From Octopus vulgaris (taxonomy: Eukaryota), in contig OX597828.1 of assembly GCA_951406725.2 (NCBI GenBank), positions 54,002,001-54,066,000 of the forward strand: a stretch of DNA of 64,000 bases, given 5' to 3'. Of this stretch, positions 36,352 through 48,720 are shown in pieces. The position numbers and the translations under genes are program-made. Every line of letters starts with the position of its first letter. Position 1 is the first letter of the stretch. Below the pieces are notes generated by a model. The model was not told the DNA's origin, did no database searches, and saw only the letters and a list, made by a program, of their open reading frames with translations.

Positions 36352-37540
36352 TGGTACAAAATTACTAAAAGATGACATCATTAGATCGCTGAGGAATAAT
36401 AAGGGATACATACAAGACGATAGGATAATAGAAGTGAGAGATAAAATTTCCAAAGAGTACAAGAGGAAATTCAGAAAGGTGCAAAATTAAACGAAAGGAA
36501 TACTATGAAAGCAATAACTGCGTAGGCTAAACCCGTATTAAAATACACTGTTCCCGTTCTAAAATAGGCAAAAATCGAGTCAGAGGACTTAGAACTTGGA
36601 AGCTACTCACAATGTACAACACACACCACCCAAAAAGTATTACGACCGATTCTACCTACCAAGAAAGGAAAGGATGCAGATGATTGCTAAACGCAAAGAC
36701 ACTGTTAGTACTGACATATTGGGGTTGAAAAATTATGATGTACATAGTGAAGAAAGAATAGTATCAGCTGTTAGAGCTGTCCAAAAAGTGGCTGAAACAG
36801 TAAGAGAATTCAAGAACAGAGCTAAGAACAACAGAACAAGTAGATAACAGAAAAGAAATTTCATGGCCGACCCATGTAACAAGCCGAGGACGGTGGATGT
36901 TAAGAAAGCTGACTGAGACTGACGGACAAAAACCTGAAACGAGAAGCTGAAGTGCTAATTATAGCAGCACAGGAACAGGCTGGAAGGACTAATCTGATAG
37001 AGACAAAGGTTCACAAACTCAGTCAGAGAGCAACCGCAGAATCTGAGAAAGGAGATGAAAGTATTAACCACATCTTGAGTGAATGCAATAGACTAGCATA
37101 AAAAGAGTAGAAGTGCAAGCATGACTGTGTAAGGGGAAAAAAAGGGGCGTTGGCATGTTAACCGAATATGTGGCTTTGAAATAACAGAAAAGTGGTATGA
37201 ACACGTATCAGAGGCTGCCACAGAGAATGAGAAGCACAAGATTCTATGAGATTTCCTTGTAAAGTCCGACCACTCCAATGAAGCTCGGAGACCAGATATG
37301 ATCATAGAGGGCACACTAAAACGTGTAAGATCATAGACTTTGCAATACTATATGGTAACGGGGTGAATACCTAAGGAATTTTTTTAGATCTTAGAAATAT
37401 CAGGTCTTAGCCAGAGAAATGAAGAGGTTGAGGAAGTCGAGGATAACAATTATTCCTATGGCAATTGGTATACTTGGTGTAAAAAAAAACTTAATGGCAT
37501 CGATGTTACCTGTCTAAAAGGGCTTGTGAAGGCTAGGGGC
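36352..37540 (+). mobile_element. Decayed R4/Dong-like non-LTR retrotransposon (end of RT plus restriction-like endonuclease domain)
   Basis: Broken frames read KLNERNTMKAI..KPVLKY, DRFYLPRKE, LKREAEVLIIAAQEQA, ESINHILSECNRLA*KE*KCKHD (zinc knuckle/RHD), KWYEH, RRPDMII..CKIIDFAI (PD..D). Multiple stops and frameshifts. Confidence 0.85.
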
Positions 37541-37984
37541 ACGACTCTTCCCTCGGGACCCAATTAGAGAAACATCTAACATCTTCGTGAGTAGCCCGAC
37601 TGAAATCTGGACCAGAAATTCTTTAGTTATCGATGTCCCTAATTTTCACCCTATTCCTAAGCACCGTCGCCTAAATGAGCGGCAGAAAAACCTCTCTGAC
37701 AAATGCTCAGCTCGAAACCTCATCTCAGTTTCTATCCAATAAAAGATCTGCTCCGAACCAAATCTTAAATATGGAAACGAGCTGCAGAAAATAAACTCTC
37801 GATTATAACAAGGGATTTTTTTTTTCAGGCTGTTACCAGTTTTGACAAATGTCTGCCTAAAGAGAGGCGAACCAATCAGGTTATCACACGAACCTTACCT
37901 TATCAACAATTATTGCAGTTTCGGGGCGCAAAGCACAGAAAAATGCTAAAGCAAAGTTCTGACGCATACGATTGCTTTTCAATC

Positions 37985-38158
37985 GTTCGACCTGGTAGAA
38001 AGAGCAGCCAAATCTCACTCAAATCACAAACTATCGTCTTAGAAAAGAATATGTTGGATCAAGAGGCTCCGGATTTCTGGCGCATTAAGAAAAGACGGGA
38101 TGGCCATGGCTGAAATACCTTTGATCTAAGGTCTGCTGGATTAGGGCTAAACAACAAC
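37985..38158 (+). repeat. Unclassified old interspersed repeat 'family D' (representative copy)
   Basis: Pattern GACCTG.TAGAAA.AGCAGCCAAATCTC.CTCAAATCAC...GATGG.CATGGCTG.AA..CCTTTGATC...GGGCTAAACAACAAC. Related pieces near 3740, 16475, 17370, 21170, 22720, 25320, 26140, 26320, 31560, 51600, 53490, 54770, 58080 and 61765. Confidence 0.7.
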
Positions 38159-38202
38159 CACCTCATCACTATAACATCCATTGGTATTAGCCAGCAGGAC
38201 AC

Positions 38203-38239
<37 letters not shown>

Positions 38240-38829
38240 TGGTGTGGGGGAAGAAGTGTGAGTAGAGGGATGAATCAGAGTAAGAGATGGACAGGAATTA
38301 TAAATAAATAAAACAAAATAAAAAGAGGCAGGCGTCTGGGAGAATCGGCTACAAAGAATGTTTTGATAAAGATAATGAAAGCAGTTAGGTAATGGTGGTG
38401 GTGGTGGTGGTGCTACCTTGCCACGCCCAACCAATAATGGTATCCCACTGGTCCCAGTCGGAACCTTCTGGATACGTGTCCATTTGCCTGTCACTGCCTG
38501 CCTGTCTGTCGGTGTGTCAATCTCATGAGATGATTGGTCAGCCGGTGGTGAATCAAAGACTAGGACAAGGAAAAAAAAAAAAAAAACACCGCCACCACCA
38601 CCATCACAATGATGGCAATCATCATCATCATCATCCTGGCTATGCTGACAGATCCAAAAATTGACGAATGATATATACATGTAATCACACAGGTGTGTAT
38701 AACTGTGCATTCATATATGCGAGTGTACATACGTGTTCTACACACTAATGCTCACTCACAAGCTTGGTCTCGCACATGTTTAGTTTGCAATACGACAATG
38801 TATGCGTGTATATAGAAATACATAAGTAT

Positions 38830-38911
<82 letters not shown>

Positions 38912-39032
38912 ATCTATGTTTGTGTGTATATATGAGAGCGTTTATGGACAGGCATATGAGTATATACATATGTACATGTGTTTATAATATACACAAGCAT
39001 GTATATATATATATATAGGCGCTTATGTGTGT

Positions 39033-39075
<43 letters not shown>

Positions 39076-39127
39076 CGTTTATATGTATGGATGTATTTAT
39101 ATATATATATAGGCGTTTATGTGTGGA

Positions 39128-39173
<46 letters not shown>

Positions 39174-40019
39174 TAGTTGAGGTGGACAGATGTGTGCTTG
39201 TATAATCTTTTCAATATATACAGGTGTGCGTGTGTGGCTTTCATACACACTGCATGTGGGTGTATACATGTGTTAGAGCCGATTAGAGAGGAGGGTGGGT
39301 TAAAAGAGAAAGTAATATGTGATAGGAAGTGGGGTGGTGGTGGTAGCGATCGCTGTCGTCGTAGTGGTAAGAGGCTGTGGAGCAGAGGTGAGAGTAAGAA
39401 CATTTTATATCCTCTCGGTTCTGCGGAGGTGTGAGGTGATGAAAGCCGCAGCATCACACCAACTTCGTAGCTGCATTGGTCAACTGGAGAATCGGGTGTG
39501 AAGGTAACAGCTTGATAATGGTCAAGGGTGATAATAATAATAATAGGGGTGGTGGTGGTGGTGGTGGTGGTGAGGAACATAACAGCTTGATGGTTAATCA
39601 ATAGGATATGGTGAGGGTGGTGGTTGTGGTTAGGGCTGTGGTGACAAAAACGGTTGCTGCAATGGATAGTGATGGAAATACATGACCTTAGCACTGGTAG
39701 CAGTGGGAAGTACATAAGGGAGGGAGGGAGGGATAGATACATAGATGGATGGATGGAGAGATGGATAGACAGATGGACAGATAGATAGACATGTGGATAG
39801 ACAGAGATAGATAAACAGACGGCGAGAAGGAGAGACGGATAGATAGATAGATGGATGGATGGATGGATGGTGAGGAAAAAGTGTCACCATTGGTAGGTGA
39901 CAATGTGACAGTAACAACAATGCTGAACAGGAGGAGAGGAGAGGAGAGATACGGTTCTCCAACAGATGAAGGAATGGGAGAGGAGAGACCAGAAATGAAA
40001 GATGGATGGATGGATGTAT

Positions 40020-40067
<48 letters not shown>

Positions 40068-40248
40068 GAACGTGAGCGTGTTAAGGAACAATCTGTGGGT
40101 AGAGGAGGTGGGGGTTGGTCGTCAACGAAATCAGAATTTCTTTCCTTTTTACTAACAAAATAAAAACGGTGATCGGCTCTGAAAGGGTTTCTCTTTGTAC
40201 CCAATGGAGGAGGTGGAGAGGGTAATTGCTGATGTTGTTGTGCCAGGC

Positions 40249-40288
<40 letters not shown>

Positions 40289-40679
40289 GTGTTGTAGAGA
40301 TTGGAGAGTCGATGACAAGGGAGGTAATGGAGAGAGAGGTGACCACAGGGAGATAAATGAGTGGGGGGAGTAAATAAGGTGGACAGGGGTTGAAGAGAAA
40401 GCTTGGGACTTTTTTCAGTGTTGGTGGAGTGAGTGACTATAAATGGAGAAAGATATCGATGACGATGACGACGACAATGGTGATTAGAACAACATAAACA
40501 TCAAATTGAATACAGAAAGAGAAAGAAATTTTGGTCCTTTCGTCCGACATTCGTTCATTCACACATACATTATGTATGTATGTATACACCCACAGAGAAA
40601 TATTAAGTGAGTGTATAAAAGCTAGAACAGATGTATGGTGAACACAGAATGTATAGAAGATCGAATGCACCGCAATATA

Positions 40680-41245
40680 TTGGGTTGTCCGGAAAGTTCG
40701 TGCCGATTTTTAAAGGAAAGGAAAGGGTCAATAAATACTTACCATTACATTTTTAATCAACCAAATATGAACCATTTTGTTGCACAATGCGGCTCCATCT
40801 TTCCTTTAACTTGAAAATACCCTCTTCCCAGAATTGAGGTGGTTTCATGGCAAAGAATTCATCAAGGTATCTTTTTACGTCATCCAAGGAATTGAAATTT
40901 TTACCATTAAGACTATTCTGCAGAGACCTAAATAAGTGGAAATCCGAAGGAGCAATATCTGGTGAATATGGAGGGTGGGGTAACACATCCCAGCCGAGCT
41001 GCAGCAATTTTTGTCTGGTTCCTAAAGCATCAAGTGCCGAAAATAAACTTTTTTATCTTCCATTTTAAAGTGTTACGGAATTAACACAGGTTGTAGGAAC
41101 ATTAACTTTCTTCCACGAAAAGATAGCTTAAACTTTGCTCTAAATGGAGGTGTAGTGAAATCCTATTTTATGGACTCAACCATGTTCTAAAATAAGTCGA
41201 AAGGTAAGCTACTATAAACCGGCACGAACTTTCCGGACAACCCAA
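40680..41245 (-). mobile_element. Internally deleted mariner transposon (566 bp), mellifera-subfamily-like
   Basis: 30-bp TIRs TTGGGTTGTCCGGAAAGTTCGTGCCG(A/G)TTT with one mismatch, and TA on both flanks. Transposase N-terminus MEDKKVYFRHLML is joined to the C-terminus ...LGWDVLPHPPYSPDIAPSDFHLFRSLQNSL (YSPDLAP motif). Confidence 0.95.
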
Positions 41246-41399
41246 TATTTTGAATGCAGTTTCAAGTCATAATAGAGTTCATGACAGTGTCACAAGTAAC
41301 TATGTTCAGCGCCTTATGTCTTGATGTGTAAACTGAATAAAAAGAGAAAGAAATAATTCTAGGTATACTGATATGTGGGTGTGTGTACGCACATCTCTG

Positions 41400-41575
41400 A
41401 ACGGGACGTCAGTCTATCGCGGATTAAACATTTACATATGAGTGGATAGGATAGGAGCGACGTGAAATGAAGTGCTTTGCTCAAGAACACAACGTACGGC
41501 CCAACCAAGGAATCGAAACCACGAACCTGCGATATCGAGTGCAAAACCCTAACCACTAAGTTACATGCCTTCACA
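41400..41575 (-). mobile_element. SINE family C, diverged
   Basis: GTGAAATGAAGTGCTTTGCTCAAGAACACAAC...CCCTAACCACTAAG. Confidence 0.75.
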
Positions 41576-43889
41576 CACACACATACTTACCTCTGTGTGT
41601 GTGTGTGTGTGTGTGTTTCCTGGGTACGATTTTAAACTGCATCCCGTAGAGGAAACCTGGCACAGGAGTTCCAGGGTTTCGAGGAGTGTCGAACCACCTC
41701 TTAACCACCATTTTCCCTTAGGTCTATTCCGACCCTGAATAACTACACCTGTTAGGGTCCCGGCTGTAGGTTAACTAGCATGTGAAACACTAAGAGCAAA
41801 GGACCGTTATTTCTCATTAGAACTTCCTTTTAAAAAAAACCCAAAAACACTGAAGTGTAGTTGGTGCCTGCTCATCTCAACCTCAGTTGTGCCAATGGTG
41901 TTAGGGCTGATTGCGCTGAAACGTGGGTCCACTTTATGCACTCGAAACAAATTCATGCACGAGGAATTCTTTGACCCTCGAAACGTTCGCGCGGACTTAG
42001 TACGTTTAGGAAGTGGTCTTATTCGCACAAGAGTTGACTTCCACCATATCATACATACATCTGCACATTTTCAGCTAATTCGTCTTAGTGAGCAAGCTAA
42101 TGATATTCGCTCTTTGGCCCAGGCACAGACACCGTTGTTTTACTCTTTTATTCGTTAACTCTTTCCAATACTTATACCTTCATTCATTCCATTCATTCAT
42201 TCATTCAGTTACCCCGTGGTTAGTTTGTTCACTCGTTCGCTTATGCATTCAGGCGTCCAATCATTGCTTTTAATTAATCGTTCAGTTACTGATCTGCAAT
42301 GAAGAGATTCACCAGAGACACGGACAGACACGTTAATTGCAAGAGAGATGCAATGACGTGTTGGTAGTGACAATGACAGCGATGGGTCATATATATATAT
42401 ATATATATGTTTGTGTGTGTGTATGAGAGAGAGAGAGAATTTACGAAAAACAAAAGACGAAGAAGAAGGGTGTGTAAACAACAAACAGATGTATTAGTTC
42501 AACGCTCGGGAAGTGAGAAGGTCTTTTACGTTTCGAGCCTACTCTCTTCGATAGAGAGGAACACAGAAATAAACAGGGAGAGAAAATTAAAAAGGTTTAG
42601 TGGCTAGCGATCTATCATGGCGAATGGTGTGTGTGAGTGTGTGTATGTGTGTGTGAGTGAGAGAATTTTTTTCTCCACGTTAACTGCAGTGAATTTGTCT
42701 TTAGAGGTTGAAATATGTCACAATCATATTTTAACTAACCTAAAGTTCGCTTAGCTTAAATACTGCTTGGCACTGATATTACTGTAATTTTCACGACCTC
42801 GGCGGTCTACTGGAGCAACATTGACTAATTAGGTCTGTACAGAGTTGCCTCTCTTCGGTATTTCCCATTGATAACGACTAAAGAGCTTACAAACATTGAT
42901 GTCTGGGAATCCGACAAGTTGCAACTCTGGACAGGTACGGCGCTTTTACCCCACTTTTTTTTCCGTAAGAGGGAACTGTTTGTCCACGGTAACTGGTGTG
43001 AATTTGCCATCAGTATTTGAAAGACGCCACAAACCTATGTCAACTAACCCAAACCTTCGCTTATGCCTAAATACTGCCTGATGCTGATATTGCTGTCACA
43101 CACACACACACATCTTGTTGCTATTTTGCAAAAGCGTCGTAAGTCCAAAACGTTGCATTTTTCTCCCCGGAAAACGAAAAATAGCTTCACCATTCCATAG
43201 CAAAACCGTTGTACCACACATTGACAATTTTTGTTATCTTGGCATCTGAAGCAGCCGGAGATACGACAGTTTGACCAAAAGAACCGGCTATTGGAAGCAA
43301 AAATAAATATGGAAAAAAACGCATTTGGCCAAGTTTGGACATACGACAGTTTAACATAATAGCAACAATATACACACACATTTACATCCACAAACTGGCA
43401 GTGATCGATAGAGCCCTCAGCAGCACAACATAATACTAAATAAAGTTGCACAGCTCGTTCATGTTGTTGACTTCCTTTCTTCTAATCGCATTTTTTTTTC
43501 TTTTGATTTTTTCCTATCAAATGTAATCCACACCAACAGTTGCTCCTCTGCAGGCTTCCCAACAGGTTTTACCGTCTTCAACGGTCACAACACAACTGTT
43601 ATTAGGCTGAAATTTCGGTTAAGATCTACACCTTAATATTAGTCATGTTGGCTGGGGAACAACATTTAGATTTGTGCAATAATCACAGCTTTCAGCGAAC
43701 ATTGGCTAAGGGTCCTAGGGTAGAGGACACAGGAGATTGACAGAAATATTTTCAGTGATTATCAGGTTATCGTTGTGGAAGATATTGTCAGAGGAGACCA
43801 AAGGTTTGAGGAGCCGTTCTTGTCAGTCGGCGAATGTGCGTTCGAGAGAGAGCGGGAGTTGGGCATCTTACAAAGAGCTTGCCGTACAT

Positions 43890-44223
43890 CCGAGACCCCT
43901 TCGGTCACGACACTGACCATGGGACTACACCTAGAAAGTTACAGGCGCAAGTCCGGGCAAGGTTGTTTATGGAAGACCAGCAGTCGCCTATGCATACCGG
44001 CTTCCCCTCTCCACGTCACCAGTGTTATCCAAGAGAAAGGCAAAGGGGCCGATACAGCTTGGCACCTGTGACGTCGCAACTCATTTCTTCAGCTGAGTGA
44101 ACTGGAGCAACATGAAATAAAGTGTCTTGCTCAAGAACACAAAACGCAGTCCGGTCCAGGATTCGAGTTCACAACCTCACGATTGTAAGCTCGACGCTCT
44201 AACTACTGAGCCATGCTCCTTCA
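43890..44223 (-). mobile_element. SINE family C, tail type 3, 12-bp TSD with one mismatch
   Basis: CTTGCCGTACAT (43878-43889) and CTTGCCGTTCAT (44224-44235). Confidence 0.88.
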
Positions 44224-44279
44224 CTTGCCGTTCATACATATATGCATATTAAGAGTGTGCATGTGTACTATTAGCTCTC

Positions 44280-44605
44280 TGTTGGTTACGACGACGAGTG
44301 TTCCAGTTGATCAGATCAATTGGACAGCCCTCTCGCGAAATTAACGTGCATGTGGCTGAGTACTCCACAGACACGTGTACCCTTAACGTAGATCTCTGGG
44401 AGATTCAGCGTGACACAGAGTGTGACAAGGCTGACCCTTTGAAATACCACAGGTGCTACACATTTTTGCCACCTGAGTGAACTGGAACAACGTGGCCTAG
44501 TGGTTAGCGTATTCGGCTCACGATCTTTACCGAGCACATGTTGGCTATTTAAAAATGTGGAGTTCGACTCCAGGCGGCGCGTTGTGTCCCTGAGCAAGAC
44601 ACTTT
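44280..44605. mobile_element. SINE family C pieces in opposite orientation: tail-2 part (-) joined to a head (+)
   Basis: 44280-44490 is the reverse of the 28570 tail. 44490-44605 is a forward head. Confidence 0.7.
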
Positions 44606-45554
44606 TACTAACGGTGAGAGACATTTTCGATGTGCTGAAAGGAGGAAAGTGGTGGCTGTGTGGGTAATTGGGTTGCGATAAGTTGGCCATATTTCTTCAT
44701 TTTCTCACCGTCATTCTACCCTTCATCTACCAAGCCAATCTACCCAGCATCTCTCCCTTTGCAAGCATTTCATTGATTATACCACCGCTTTTTGCTACAC
44801 ATACACTCCACCCCCACTGACACCCCCTTCCCCCCTCTCTCATTTAGAAAGCAGGACTGTTGGAGAAAATACCATTTCACAGATGTATAAATACAAATAA
44901 ATACCAAAGATCAAACACTATATATGAGACAGAAATACAGTGATTGATAGAAACTAGCGCCAGCCTTTCTTTTCTTTCCTTTTCTCTCTCTCTCTCTCCC
45001 TTCATCTCTCTCTCTCTCTCTCTCTCTCACACACTCTCTCTCTCTCTCATAGCAGAGCTGATGTAAGCCCCAATTGATAGTTCTGAAGAAGAACTACGAT
45101 CAGAACTCTGGCTACACCCTATTATTGAGAAGCCATCGGCCGTCATAAAGTAACACCCCAACCCCCACACCAGCTTCCATCACCACCAACAACTGTAGGA
45201 CTATTTGTACTGGTGGTGGTGGTGGTGGAGAGGGGGGGTTGGCTGCTGCTGCGGCGGCGGTAATGCTTCTGTTGCAAGATCATAGAAAACAGAAAAGTGA
45301 AAAGAACGTGACAATGGTTCTAGCAATACATCTAGCGACACCTACCTTAACAGGGGTCACAAACTGCACTCATCATCATCGCCCATCCACCCAACCATCC
45401 ACAATCACCACCACCACCACCATCATCCCAACAACAACAACAACAATTACAACAATAACGAGAACAATCATCTCCATTTTTGCAGTGATACAAACTCCTC
45501 ATCGTTTATTTATTTAGTTTTTTTTCCCCTTCTCCGACAAACCACAGTTATGCA

Positions 45555-45594
<40 letters not shown>

Positions 45595-46035
45595 ACACAC
45601 ACACACACACACAACCATCATCACTTAATACAAAATTTCCCAGCACCGATCATCATATATCATTATAGCATTGTTCTAGAAACTTCATCAGAAAACACTT
45701 TACAACACACACACACACACACACACATACATACAATGAATAAAAACCAATCATTTTGTTCCACGCACACACACATACACCTTATTCTTTTCTTCCCCTC
45801 CACCCCCCTCTCTCTCCAACATTCTTTTATGTTTTTCGTTTTTACTTTTTAGTTAGATTTTTTTTTCTTGTTTTTTTTTTTCAAAGAACTGCTTCAAACA
45901 TCTGCTGTACTCGACGCGTTTTTGCTTTTTTATTTCAAGGCGAGTTTTTATTACCAACATGATGGGTACTAATAGCAAAAAACACCCAGCTTTAGACATG
46001 AAAAACATAACACAAAACACTGACCAAACCTCCAC

Positions 46036-46452
46036 TAATAATAATAATAACAATAATAATAATAATAACAATAATAATAATAATGATAATAATAATAATA
46101 ATAATAACAATAATAATAATAATAATAATAACAATAATAATAATAATAACAATAATAATAATAATGATAATAATAACAATAATAATAATAATAATAACAA
46201 TAATAATAATAATAATGATAACAATAATAATAATAACAATAATAATAATAACAATAATAATAATAATGATAATAATAATAATAACAATAATAATAATAAT
46301 AATGATAATAATAATAATAATAATAACAATAATAATAATAATAACAATAGTAATAATAATAATAATGATAATAACAATAATAATAACAATAGTAATAATA
46401 ATAATAATGATAATAATAATAATAATAATAACAATAATAATAATATTAATAA
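46036..46452. repeat. Compound trinucleotide array (AAT)n with periodic AAC and GAT
   Basis: Directly visible, about 420 bp. Confidence 0.98.
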
Positions 46453-46889
46453 TAAATTATCAAAGAACTTTTTAATGGCTTTGGCAGCAAGCAAGAAAAA
46501 AAAAATATATAAAAGGGAGGTTGGAAAGCTTTTATATATATGTATATGTATATATATTTTTTTTCCCCTGCATTTTTAAAAAGATTTATTTATTATATAA
46601 ATATTTATGTTCATTTATTTATCGTAATATATATATTTTTTTATTTATTTCTTTGTTTATTTTGTTTTGTTTTTTCTTCCCTAAATAGAGGAAACGGCTC
46701 TCGGTAAGGCAGCTACTTGTTCGACAAATTTGGTGGAGAGAACTTTTGGAGATTAGGATTTTGAAAGAAAAAAAACAAAAGACGCGCGCGCGCATACACA
46801 CACACACACACACACACACAGCACAAGGATATTTGGAAATGATCTGAAACTCGTCGAAAAGTTTCACGAAATAATCTGGCCTCAAACAT

Positions 46890-47110
46890 CTTTATCTTTT
46901 ATTTGTTTGTCACTTGACTTGCAGCCGCGCTGGGGCACCGCCTTGAATGGGTTTTAGTCAACCAAACCAACCCCAGGGCTTACTTTTTTTTTTTAAAAGT
47001 CAAGTACCTATGTTATCGGTTTCTCTTGCTGAACCGCTAAGTTACGTGGACGTAAACACACCAACACCGGTTTCAAGCAGTCGTGACACAAACACACACC
47101 GGTTGTCAGA
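46890..47110 (-). mobile_element. SINE family A, 3' half
   Basis: GAACCGCTAAGTTACG.GGACGTAAACACACC. Confidence 0.8.
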
Positions 47111-47149
47111 TGCAAGATAACTATTTCACGCCGCTTTTGAAAACACACA

Positions 47150-48720
47150 CAGAACAATGGTGAATGAGTTGAATCTCGCTACTTGGCAGCAGTTCCCTAA
47201 AAGCGGCAGATTTGGAGTTCGTTTTCAAAGGAGACAGGATGGTAGCAACATACACTGGCATTTGTTCAATGAACCAAGTGAATGGCTACCTCTCGAAATT
47301 TTGGTTCATCAGGTTCTTCCTCTCTCATTTCTTCTATGAGTTGGCACTCAGGCCGTTACTGCGGAAGCTAAAACTTTTGAGGGGTATCCTTTTCGAACTG
47401 GGCAGAAGGAGGGCTGTGTCGTCGTATGAAGATGACTTCATAGTAATGTGTCAAACACCACGGAAGCGGGGGTAGTCAGCTCCATTCTAAAGGAATACGA
47501 GGCAGTAACAGGAGCAAAACCAAGTCCGAAGGAGCCGGTGGGTTTGCAGTTTGACACATAGAAAGTTAAGTTTATGTCGTCGAAGTGTGGCAGGTTGCAT
47601 GCTGGTAGAATCGTTAGAACGCCGGGCGAAATGCTTAGCAGTATTTCGTCTGCTGGTACGTTCTGAGTTCAAATTCCGCCGAGGTCGACTTTGCCTTTCA
47701 TCCTTTCGGGGTCGATAAATTAAGTACCAGTTACGCACTGGGGTCGATGTAATCGACTTAACCCCTTTGTTTGTCGTTGTTTGTCCCCTCTATGTTTAGC
47801 CCCTTGTGGGCAATAAAGAAATAAGATTGCATGATAGACAGACCAGTTAAACTGCTCGTGGTCTCGTTTGGTCAAGATCTCCATACTGAAAGGAACAGGA
47901 GCTAGGTTAGAGATCCCAGCCTCACTCAGAAATGGGCTGCGGGGAAGTTATCCTTGAAAGGACGAAGCAGCGAGATCAATCTCTACATCACCTCCTTCAT
48001 CACATACCGTTTGTTTACTGTGTCGTCTTACAGTCTCCGTCTGACCAGATTTGAGCGTCAACACTTCCGCTTTCTGTGGAAGAGATGCGTTCCACTGGTC
48101 ATGCGGTCCATCTTTCTCAAGAAAAAACTGAGAGGCGGGTTCGGTTTGCCGTAGCAGCGCAAACACGCGCTAAGACTGCACCACGCGTAGAGAGAGATAC
48201 ACAAGAAGTGAGCAGGTGTAATGCCGTTTAAAAGGCACACTTTTCTGATAGAACTGAGTCCTAGGACAAGAAAAGAGCATGATTGGGTGCCTAGCACCTG
48301 AAACATCATCCAACACGCAAATTCTTCAGAAGTCGGACATTGTGGTCGGTAGAATTTCACTTCGGCAATATACAGAGGCGGGCAAGAACAATAATGTTCT
48401 CAAGGAAACTCTAGGCAACCACAAGAAAAATCTGGCAGGTCTATTCTGGAGAACAGAAGAGCCGCAAAGGCGCGCCGCAAAGGGGGATGAAACTGTTCTG
48501 CACGAACTTGTGCAGGGTCCGGGCATTTGCTAACATGTAATGTCGAACAGCTGTTGTTTCATGTCAGAAGGGTTCGGTTATCAGCCGAGTCTATCGTGAA
48601 GATCGCCCCTTCACCCTCTTTAGTAATGGGGAGGAAATATTCCTCTGTATATTGGCTGAGCCGAAAAAGTTGTAATGGGCGAGACTGAGAAGACTATTGA
48701 CCAACATAATGTGGCTGTCC
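47150..48720 (+). mobile_element. Decayed Tx1/L1-clade LINE ORF2 fragment, interrupted by a SINE
   Basis: YELALRPLLRKL..LRGI...VSSYEDDFIV (a YADD relic); KLSLKGRSSEINLYITS..YRL; FRFLWKRCVPLVMRS....GGFGLP; ETVLHELVQ (zinc-knuckle relic). Confidence 0.8.
47602..47826 (+). mobile_element. SINE family B (Nin/Deu-domain-like) with 7-bp TSD
   Basis: B box GAGTTCAAATTCC and core GCCTTTCATCCTTTCGGGGTCGATAAATTAAGTACCAG. TTGCATG at 47595-47601 and 47827-47833. Confidence 0.85.

Noticed and set aside
37890-38000. Possible upstream SCAPER exon ending AG|GTAAGG on the minus strand
   Set aside because: The required frame has a stop codon just upstream and shows no SCAPER similarity.
43044-43451. Minus-strand ORFs of 64-135 aa in complex sequence
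   Set aside because: No recognisable protein motif or clear exon boundaries.
45853-46579. ORFs of 130-213 aa (poly-Asn, poly-Leu, poly-Ile)
   Set aside because: They are translations of the (AAT)n array, with no complex domain or convincing splice context.
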